DNA from: Thermoanaerobaculia bacterium
GTDB lineage: Bacteria; Acidobacteriota; Thermoanaerobaculia; UBA5066
DNA: 64,000 nt
NCBI GenBank assembly: GCA_963821225.1
Contig: CAWGCY010000006.1
Location: forward strand, 275,217 to 339,216
Direction of reading: 5' to 3'
A model generated the notes under the pieces. That model was not told where the DNA came from. It saw nothing but the letters and a program-made list of their open reading frames with translations, and did no database searches. The position numbers and the translations under genes are program-made. Positions 10,002 through 17,461 of the stretch are shown here, piece after piece; position 1 is the first letter of the stretch; every line of letters starts with the position of its first letter.

Positions 10002-11846
10002 CTATTTCCAGTTCTCGATGTTCTTGGCCGGACGATCCGGCAGGTTCTTCAGCTCCTCGGCCTGCCGCCCGTGCAGCCCCGGCGTGATCGCGAACGCCGT
10101 GTCCATGCGGACGACGCCCGTGTCGAAGTCCATCTCGGGCACGCTCTCGAGGCAGCCCGTCGGACACTCCTCGATGCAGACGCGGCAGCCCTTGCAGTAG
10201 TCGGTGAGGATCCTGTAGAGGCCGTTCGACCGCACGGAGCGCACGATGCACGGTTCTGGACAGACCAGGTAGCAGTTGTCGCACGCGTTGCAGGTGCCGC
10301 AGCTGAAACAGCGACTGGCCTCCTCCGTCACCTGCTCCCTCGTGAACGCCTGAATGACCTCCTCCTGCGTGCGGCGCCGGTGAGCCGTCGGCAGCATCTG
10401 CTGCTGCACGCGAGGCCACTTCGGGAAATACGTCATGTTCATCCGTTCGAGGTCCGTGATGACGTCCGTCGCGACGACGCGCTCCTGCAGCGGCTCGCCC
10501 CGGAGCACCCTGTCGAGGCTGAACGCCACGCGTTTGCCGTCGCCCACGGCGTTCACGACCATCAGCGGCTGACCGGTGCCGGCCTGTGCGATGTCGCCGG
10601 CGGCGAAGAACATCGTGTCGCCGAGACGTCCGAACCGGTCGATCCTGATCGTGCCGCGCTCGTTCTTGAACTCGGCCGGCAGCCACGCGAGGGATGCATG
10701 CTGTCCCACGGCGATGATCACGTTGTCGACCTCGAAGCGCTCGGCCGGAGAGCCGCGATCGACGGCAATCGGCGAGGCGTTGACCGCGCCGGTGAAGCGC
10801 GCCGGATGGAGCTCGAGCGCCTCGATCCGTCCGTTGCCGAGCGCGGCGGTCATGGCCCGCCCGTGCATCAGCTCGACGCCTTCCGCGAGCATGTCGTGCA
10901 GGTCCTCCGGCACACACGGCATCTCGTCGGGACCGCCCTCGACGGTGATCATCGTCACGTCTTCGGCGCCTTGGCGAAGCGCTTCGCGGGCGCAGTCGAT
11001 GGCCGTGTTGCCGCCGCCGATTACGGCCACTCGCGAGCCCAGCTTCACATTCGACGTCCCCATGCCGATGTCGCGCAGGAAGGGCAGACCATAGAGGACG
11101 CCGTCCTTGTCTTCACCTTCCGCGCGCACGCTGTTCGGCTCCGTGAGACCGACCGCCAGGACGCAGGCGTCGTAGTTCTTTTTCAGGTCGTCCCAGGTAA
11201 CGTCTTTGCCCACTTCCGTTTTCGTCTTGATCGTGATGCCGAGCTCGACGAGGCGTTCGATCTCGCGATCGAGCACGTTCTGCGGGAGCACCCAGTCGGG
11301 AATGCCGCCGCGATTGAGGCCGCCGGGCTTCGGCGACTTCTCCAGAATCGTGACCTCGTAGCCGAGGCGCGCGAGCTGGTACGCCGCGCTGTGCCCGGCG
11401 GGCCCCGATCCGACGACGGCGACCTTCTTCCCGTTCGGCGCGCCGGCTTTCACGACGTCGCGCGGCAGGGACTGCCCGAGGTCGCCGAGAAACCGCTCGA
11501 CGGCGCGGATGGAGATCGCCTCGTCGTACTGTCCGCGATTGCAGGCCTGCTCGCACGGGTGGTAGCACACGCGGCCGGTCACGGACGGGAACGGCATGTC
11601 TTCCTTGATGAGCGCGTAGGCGTCGAGGTACTTGCCGCGCTTCACCAGGTCCAGGTAGCCCTGGATCTTTTCGTTGGTGCCGCACGCATTGTTGCAGGGC
11701 GGCATCTTGTCCCGGTACACGGGCCGCGTCGAGCGCCAGTTGCCCGTCGGAAACAGGTCCTGGCCTTTTTCCTGCGACGGCGCCGGTGTGATCCCGGCAA
11801 ACGGCACCGCCAGCCAATCGGGGATATGAGTACCTTTGGTCGACAT
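10002..11846 (-). CDS. OOR delta subunit fused with a GltD/DsrL-like FAD/NAD(P) oxidoreductase (multiple 4Fe-4S)
   Basis: PPCNNAC and GRVCYHPCEQACNR clusters, VGSGPAG (FAD), GGGNTAID (NAD(P)), C-terminal CNACDNCYLVCP and CKGCRVCIEECP ferredoxin motifs. Start ATG 11846. Confidence 0.88.
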   Translation of the reverse strand: MSTKGTHIPDWLAVPFAGITPAPSQEKGQDLFPTGNWRSTRPVYRDKMPPCNNACGTNEKIQGYLDLVKRGKYLDAYALIKEDMPFPSVTGRVCYHPCEQACNRGQYDEAISIRAVERFLGDLGQSLPRDVVKAGAPNGKKVAVVGSGPAGHSAAYQLARLGYEVTILEKSPKPGGLNRGGIPDWVLPQNVLDREIERLVELGITIKTKTEVGKDVTWDDLKKNYDACVLAVGLTEPNSVRAEGEDKDGVLYGLPFLRDIGMGTSNVKLGSRVAVIGGGNTAIDCAREALRQGAEDVTMITVEGGPDEMPCVPEDLHDMLAEGVELMHGRAMTAALGNGRIEALELHPARFTGAVNASPIAVDRGSPAERFEVDNVIIAVGQHASLAWLPAEFKNERGTIRIDRFGRLGDTMFFAAGDIAQAGTGQPLMVVNAVGDGKRVAFSLDRVLRGEPLQERVVATDVITDLERMNMTYFPKWPRVQQQMLPTAHRRRTQEEVIQAFTREQVTEEASRCFSCGTCNACDNCYLVCPEPCIVRSVRSNGLYRILTDYCKGCRVCIEECPTGCLESVPEMDFDTGVVRMDTAFAITPGLHGRQAEELKNLPDRPAKNIENWK

Positions 11847-11866
11847 CTCTTGTTGGTCCTTATCCC

Positions 11867-12514
11867 TCAAGCCACCGCTTTTCCGAGCGGCATGATGTGT
11901 AACTGGTCGAGCGCGGCGTGGAACGCTCTTTTGTTCGTGAGCATGGGCTCGATCGACTCGATCTTGACGATGCCCGTCGTCTTGACGATCGCGGCGATGA
12001 TCGGGGCCGCGATGTCGGGCGCGATCGAGGTGCTGCGTTCCGCCGCGCCCTCGGTCGACAGCCGATCGAGGCCGAGCTCGCCCAGCCGGTAGTACAACCA
12101 CTTGTGGTGGGCGATGTGCGCGGCATCGACGCACACCAACTGGGCGAGCCGTTCGGGACCAGGCACGAAGCGGATCATGTACTCGGGCGTGTAATGCGTG
12201 TTGATCACGAGCGTGCCGCCGGGCGGCATCCCGCGCATGTAATCCCAGCCTTTGACCATCGTCTGTTCGACGAGCACCACGATGTTCGGCTGCTCGTTCT
12301 CGTAGGTGAGCTCGTTTTCGAGCACGCTCTCGCTCAGGCGGCAGTACTTGCGGGTCGGCGCGTTGGTGCGATCGGGATTGTCGACGTAGTTCTCCATCGC
12401 CTGCGCGAACTTGCCCTCGAGCCGTCCGGCGGCGGCGACCGAATTGACGATGTCGCGGCCTTCCTTGTCCATGATGATGCCGCGCGTCCACACGGTGAGC
12501 TCGGTGTAACTCAT
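11867..12514 (-). CDS. Oxalate oxidoreductase-type gamma subunit (domain III), copy 1
   Basis: ELTVWTRGIIMDKEGRDIV...ENYVDNPDR...YENEQP; clear paralog of 27325..27993. Confidence 0.85.
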   Translation of the reverse strand: MSYTELTVWTRGIIMDKEGRDIVNSVAAAGRLEGKFAQAMENYVDNPDRTNAPTRKYCRLSESVLENELTYENEQPNIVVLVEQTMVKGWDYMRGMPPGGTLVINTHYTPEYMIRFVPGPERLAQLVCVDAAHIAHHKWLYYRLGELGLDRLSTEGAAERSTSIAPDIAAPIIAAIVKTTGIVKIESIEPMLTNKRAFHAALDQLHIMPLGKAVA

Positions 12515-12852
12515 GTCGGGTCCCCCTGAAACCGGCTCTGGACGTGCCGGACGAAGCGCTCGAAGACGTCTGCGAGCTTCTGCCGCTCGGGATGGTCCGG
12601 CGGCTCGGCGGCGATTGCGACCTGGGTTCGTTCCTGGCCCGCCTCGATCAGCCGGATCGTGCCCAGGTTGGTGTGCTCGATCGCCCATCCGTCTCTCTTG
12701 ACGGCAGTGACCGCCATGCTCAGCGTCTTGCCGTCGCTCTCCCAGGGCACGACGATCGCGGCGACGTGGCCCTGGACACGGGCGTCCTCCTCGATCGCGC
12801 GGGACACGGCCTGCGGAGATCCGGTGGCGGTGAACGTGAGGAACTCGCCCAT
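12511..12852 (-). CDS. Hypothetical protein, first gene of OOR-1 operon
   Basis: ATG 12852 with GGAGG SD; stop overlaps the gamma start (ATGA). Confidence 0.7.
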   Translation of the reverse strand: MGEFLTFTATGSPQAVSRAIEEDARVQGHVAAIVVPWESDGKTLSMAVTAVKRDGWAIEHTNLGTIRLIEAGQERTQVAIAAEPPDHPERQKLADVFERFVRHVQSRFQGDPT

Positions 12853-12883
12853 GCCCGCGTTTGCCTCCGTGTTACACTGGACC

Positions 12884-12898
12884 AGTGGTCGAACCACT
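12884..12898. promoter_or_regulatory. GntR/FadR-family operator AGTGGTCGAACCACT
   Basis: Palindrome of the TGGT-N3-ACCA type known for FadR-subfamily regulators (PdhR/LldR). It lies between the divergent OOR-1 operon and gntR-1, and the same core recurs at 28163-28173. Confidence 0.75.
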
Positions 12899-13691
12899 TA
12901 GGCGCGCGATCCTGACATCCGGGCGCCGTGGTGTCAAGCGACCGGGCGCCCTCCGGCGGCCGTCAGGCGCCCGCGACTCCAGCCTGATCGAACCGATCAG
13001 AAAGACGCGGGTGGCCGAGGACATCGCGGACCGCATCCGTGTGCTGATTCTCGACGGCACCTTCCCCGCGGGCCAGGCGCTGCCCGCCGAACGCGCGCTC
13101 GCAGAATGGTTCGGCGTCAGCCGCGGGTCGATCCGCGACGCGTTCCGTACGCTGGAGACCATCGGCCTGCTCGTCACGCGCCACGGCCAGGGCACGTTTC
13201 CTCAGGAGCTCGACATCAACCGGCTCGTCGCGCCGCTGGCTTCCGTCCTCAGCTACCACTATGAACTGCAGGACGAGCTGCTGGACGTGCGCCGCATCTT
13301 CGAACCGGCCGTCGCGCGCGTCGCGGCCACGCGCGTCACCGACGAGGACATCGCCGACCTGGAGCGGATCCTCGAGGCGCAGCGCAGGAAGCTCAAGACC
13401 GGCCGATCGACCATCGCCGAGGTCACGGCCTTTCACCACGTCGTCGCGCGCGCGACGCGCAATCGCGTCGTCGTCAGCATCATGGCCACGCTGAACGATC
13501 TCCTCGTGGAATCGCGCAAGCGAAGGCTGAAGCAGAAGGGACACCCGCACCGATCCATCCTCGGTCACGAGGCGGTCGTCGCGGCATTGCGGCAGCGTGA
13601 CGGCGCCGCCGCGGCGGAAGCCATGCGCGGGCATCTCGATCAGATCGCCGACTTCCTCCGGCACGCACCGACGCTCGTTCGTCATGGATGA
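12885..13691 (+). CDS. GntR/FadR-family transcriptional regulator (wHTH + FCD), copy 1
   Basis: LPAERALAEWFGVSRGSIRDA, RHGQGTF, FHHVV...ATRN, HEAVV, MRGHL. The start is uncertain; GTG 12885 lies 6 nt after TGtTACACT. Confidence 0.9.
   Translation: MVEPLRRAILTSGRRGVKRPGALRRPSGARDSSLIEPIRKTRVAEDIADRIRVLILDGTFPAGQALPAERALAEWFGVSRGSIRDAFRTLETIGLLVTRHGQGTFPQELDINRLVAPLASVLSYHYELQDELLDVRRIFEPAVARVAATRVTDEDIADLERILEAQRRKLKTGRSTIAEVTAFHHVVARATRNRVVVSIMATLNDLLVESRKRRLKQKGHPHRSILGHEAVVAALRQRDGAAAAEAMRGHLDQIADFLRHAPTLVRHG
12909..12937 (-). promoter_or_regulatory. Putative sigma70 promoter of OOR-1 operon
   Basis: Minus strand TTGACA-17 nt-CAGGAT with a TG extension. The operator lies just downstream of the predicted start site. 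Confidence 0.55.
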
Positions 13692-14439
13692 GAACCTGCG
13701 CCACCAGCGTGACGTTTCGCTCGCGCAGCTCGAGGCTTTGATCCGGCGCGGCCACCAGATCCGGAGCACGCCGGCGAACGATGCCGCCCGAGCCTGGCAA
13801 GAAGACTGCGCGGCCGCGATCAATCAGCTCTCCGGCGGAAGCAAGGCCCACTGGCTCTCCCGCGCGTACAGCGATGCCTTTCTCGTGCGCCCGGCCGGTG
13901 GCGGGGTGGTCGTCGAAGTGGACGCGACGGAGATCATCGACCGCATTCTCGCCGTCCTGGCGCAGGGCGCGACGTCCCTGACGCGCATGGACGTTGTCGC
14001 CGCCTCCTCCGCGGCGGGGCCGCAGCCGCGCCAATTCGACTTCGTGCACGACGCCGACCTTCGCCCCGTCCTGGAGCAGACGTTCGCGGACAGCCGCGAC
14101 GCCCTCGGGCGCGGCGAATTCGGCCTGGCGCTCATTCTTTCGTGTAGCGTGATCGAATCGGTGCTCACCGATGCGCTGGACCTCGCTCGACCCCGGGCTC
14201 CCGGCGCGCCCGAAGAACGCATCGCCGACTGGTCCTTCGAGAGGCGCATCGCCGCGGCCGAAAGTGCGGGACTCATTCGCAACGGATGCGCCCGCCTCCC
14301 GACCGTGGCGCGGAGGTACCGGGATCTGACGGATGCCGACGGCGAGCTGCGGGTGGACACGCCGGTGTCCGAGCGCGAGGCCCGACTCGCCGGTCAGGTC
14401 CTCCGCGTCGTCATGCGAGATCTCGACCCGGGCCGATAA
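13684..14439 (+). CDS. Hypothetical all-helical protein, possible degenerate HEPN/DUF4145-like C-terminal domain
   Basis: ATG overlaps the end of gntR-1. ALILSCSVIESVL...WSFERRIAAAESAGLI...RRYRDL resembles a HEPN pattern lacking the His. Confidence 0.65.
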   Translation: MDENLRHQRDVSLAQLEALIRRGHQIRSTPANDAARAWQEDCAAAINQLSGGSKAHWLSRAYSDAFLVRPAGGGVVVEVDATEIIDRILAVLAQGATSLTRMDVVAASSAAGPQPRQFDFVHDADLRPVLEQTFADSRDALGRGEFGLALILSCSVIESVLTDALDLARPRAPGAPEERIADWSFERRIAAAESAGLIRNGCARLPTVARRYRDLTDADGELRVDTPVSEREARLAGQVLRVVMRDLDPGR

Positions 14440-14600
14440 AAGCGCGCCGAGACCCCGCTCGCGGCGATCCGTGAGCCTCCCGTGCCGGGAGGCTGCGCCG
14501 CCGCGGCGCCTCGCCAGACCTTCAGACCCCGTCACGACGCCCGGCCGCACGACCCGCAGAAAATCTGCCAATATCCGGCCCGAAGCCAGGGAGGTTTGCC

Positions 14601-17339
14601 ATGCCGTCGACGCGCGCGAAGAAAGCGACCAGGGCTGCTCCGAGAGCGAAGGCCGGGAAGTGGGTGTACCTTTTCGCCGACGGAAAGGCCGAAGGCAACG
14701 CGAAGATGCGCTCGCTGCTCGGCGGCAAAGGCGCCGGTCTCGCGGAGATGACGAACGCGGGCCTCCCCGTCCCTCCCGGTTTCACCATCACCACCGCGGC
14801 CTGCAACGCGTTCTTCAAGGGCGGCCGGAAGCTGCCGCCGGGACTCTGGGACCAGGTGGAGCGCGGCCTCGCGGCGATCGAGCGATTCACGAAGAAGCGC
14901 CTCGGCGATCCAAGGGACCCGCTGCTCGTCTCCGTCCGCTCGGGTTCCGCGATGTCGATGCCCGGAATGATGGACACGGTCCTCAACCTGGGCCTCAACG
15001 ACCAGAGCCGCCAGGGCCTCGCGACGCTCACGAAGAACGAGCGCTTCGCGTGGGACGCCTACCGCCGGTTCATCTCGATGTTCGGCCGGATCGTCCTCGA
15101 TGTCCCCGCAGAGGAGTTCGACGCGGCGCTCGAGAAGCGCAAGCGCGCCAGGAACGCAAAATCGGACACGGAGCTCGACGCGAAAGACCTCGCCGGGCTG
15201 GTGGACGAGTTCAAGGCCATCGTCCAGAGGAAGACGGGAAAACCGTTCCCAATCGAGCCACGGGACCAGCTCCGCCTCGCGGTCGAAGCCGTCTTCCGCT
15301 CGTGGTTCGGCGCGCGCGCGAAGGATTATCGCAAGCAGTTCAAGATCTCGGACGACCTCGGCACGGCGTGCAGCGTCATGACGATGGTCTTCGGCAATAT
15401 GGGCGACGACTCCGGCACCGGTGTCGCGTTCACCCGCGACCCGAGGACCGGCGAGAAGAAGCTCTACGGCGAGTACCTCATGAACGCGCAGGGTGAGGAC
15501 GTCGTGGCCGGCATCCGAACCCCTTCGAAGATCGACCAGCTGAAGCGGGAGATGCCGAGGGCGTACGCCGAGTTTCAGAAGATCGCGCAACGGCTCGAGA
15601 AGCACTATCGCGACTCGCAGGACCTCGAGTTCACGATCGAGCGCGGCAAGCTCTTCATGCTCCAGACGCGCTCGGCAAAGCGGACTGCGCGCGCCGCGAT
15701 GAAGATGGCCACGGATATGGTGAAGGAGAAGCTCATCACCAAGGACGAGGCGATCCAGCGGATCGACCCGTTGCAGGTCGAGCAGCTCCTCGTGCCCGGC
15801 TTCGACCAGGCCGCAGTCGAGCGCGCGCGAAAGCAAGGCCGGTTCCTCGCGAAGGGCCTGAACGCGTCACCCGGAGCGGCCACCGGCCGCGCCGTGTTCG
15901 ACGCAGACCGCGCGGTCGCGCTCAAAGGCCAGAAGCAGCTCGTCGTCCTCGTCCGGCCGGAGACCTCGCCGGACGACTTCCACGGCATGATCGCGGCGAC
16001 CGGGATCCTCACCGCGCGGGGAGGCTCGACTTCACACGCGGCCGTCGTCGCGCGCGGTCTCGGGCTGCCGTGCGTCGCCGGCTGCGCCGAGCTCTCGATC
16101 GACCTCGGGAAGCGCGAGATGCGCGTCGGCAAGGCCGTCATCAAGGAAGGCGACTCGATCTCCATCGACGGCACGACGGGCGAGGTGTTCGCGGGCGAGC
16201 TGCCGACGAACCCGCCGAACTACGAGAAGGAGACCGAGCTCATCGAGCTCCTCTCGTGGGCCGACAGGCGGCGCCGGCTCGGCGTGTGGGTGAACGCCGA
16301 CACCCCGGGCGAGTGCATCGAGGCGCGCAAGCTCGGAGCGGAAGGCGTGGGGCTCGCGCGAACCGAACACATGTTCCGGCAGGCCGAGCGGCTCCCGCAC
16401 GTGCAAGACATGATCATGGCCGACACCGAGGCGGGCCGAAAAGCCGCGCTCGCGAAGCTCCTCCCGTTCCAGCAGGGCGACTTCCGCGAGATGTACAAAG
16501 CGATGGACGGCCTGCCGGTGGTCATCCGGCTCATCGACCCGCCGCTCCACGAGTTCCTTCGTGAGTTCGCGAACGTCGATCTCGAGATCGCCGTCGCCGA
16601 GGCGACCGGCAAGGACGGACCGGAGCTCGAGCAGAAGAGAAAGATCTGGCGGCGGCTCGAGCAGATCCACGAGGACAATCCGATGCTCGGCCTGCGCGGG
16701 TGCCGCCTGCTTCTCGTGTACCCGGAGATCCTCGAGATGCAGATCCGCGCGATCCTCGGAGCCGCCGCCGACTCCGCCGAGAAGGGCGTGAGCGCGAAGC
16801 CCGAGATCATGATGCCGCTCGTCGGCACGATGGGGGAGCTCGATCGCCTGCGCGACCAGGTGATGAGCGTCGCCGCGGCGGTCGAGAAGGAGCGCGGGCG
16901 GAAGATCCCGTTCAAGTTCGGGACGATGATCGAGATCCCGAGGGCCTGCATCATCGCCGACGAGATCGCCACGAAGACCGAGTTCTTCTCGTTCGGCACG
17001 AACGACCTCACCCAGACCGTGCTCGGCATCTCGCGCGACGATGCGCAGAAGAGCTTCCTCACGAAGTACGTCGAGCAGAAGATCATTCCCGACGACCCGT
17101 TCCAGGTGATCGACCGTGGGGGCGTCGGCGAGATGATGAAGATGGGTGTCGACCGCGGCCGCAAGACGAAGCCCGACCTGAAGATCGGCATCTGCGGCGA
17201 GCACGCCGGCGAGCCGAGCTCGGTGGCGTTCTGCCACCAGATCGGACTCACCTACGTGTCACCGTCGACGTACCGGGTGCCCGTGGCGCGGCTCGCGGCC
17301 GCACAGGCCGCGCTCGAGTCGGGCGAGCGCGACCGCTAG
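14601..17339 (+). CDS. ppdK: Pyruvate, phosphate dikinase
   Basis: LLGGKGAGLAEM, SVRSG...SMPGMMDT, NAQGEDVVAG, TSHAAVVARG phospho-His, NPMLGLRGCR, FSFGTNDLTQ, GICGEH. Confidence 0.97.
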   Translation: MPSTRAKKATRAAPRAKAGKWVYLFADGKAEGNAKMRSLLGGKGAGLAEMTNAGLPVPPGFTITTAACNAFFKGGRKLPPGLWDQVERGLAAIERFTKKRLGDPRDPLLVSVRSGSAMSMPGMMDTVLNLGLNDQSRQGLATLTKNERFAWDAYRRFISMFGRIVLDVPAEEFDAALEKRKRARNAKSDTELDAKDLAGLVDEFKAIVQRKTGKPFPIEPRDQLRLAVEAVFRSWFGARAKDYRKQFKISDDLGTACSVMTMVFGNMGDDSGTGVAFTRDPRTGEKKLYGEYLMNAQGEDVVAGIRTPSKIDQLKREMPRAYAEFQKIAQRLEKHYRDSQDLEFTIERGKLFMLQTRSAKRTARAAMKMATDMVKEKLITKDEAIQRIDPLQVEQLLVPGFDQAAVERARKQGRFLAKGLNASPGAATGRAVFDADRAVALKGQKQLVVLVRPETSPDDFHGMIAATGILTARGGSTSHAAVVARGLGLPCVAGCAELSIDLGKREMRVGKAVIKEGDSISIDGTTGEVFAGELPTNPPNYEKETELIELLSWADRRRRLGVWVNADTPGECIEARKLGAEGVGLARTEHMFRQAERLPHVQDMIMADTEAGRKAALAKLLPFQQGDFREMYKAMDGLPVVIRLIDPPLHEFLREFANVDLEIAVAEATGKDGPELEQKRKIWRRLEQIHEDNPMLGLRGCRLLLVYPEILEMQIRAILGAAADSAEKGVSAKPEIMMPLVGTMGELDRLRDQVMSVAAAVEKERGRKIPFKFGTMIEIPRACIIADEIATKTEFFSFGTNDLTQTVLGISRDDAQKSFLTKYVEQKIIPDDPFQVIDRGGVGEMMKMGVDRGRKTKPDLKIGICGEHAGEPSSVAFCHQIGLTYVSPSTYRVPVARLAAAQAALESGERDR

Positions 17340-17461
17340 CGGGGCCGCCATCCGGCGCAGTCCTTCCAGGGGCTGAAGCATCAGATACTGCCGCCGCTTC
17401 CGGAGGTGGTCGCCGCGCCGTGCTCATCACGATCTGGTCGCGGCGCAGCCGGCGGGCCGCA

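Noticed and set aside
10002-11846. Glutamate synthase small subunit (gltD) or dsrL
   Set aside because: No gltB or dsr genes are present, and the termini match the OOR delta subunit.
7667-12688. Long N-terminal extensions and large overlaps of OOR-1 ORFs in the ORF track
   Set aside because: Downstream ATG starts give non-overlapping genes that match the paralogs.
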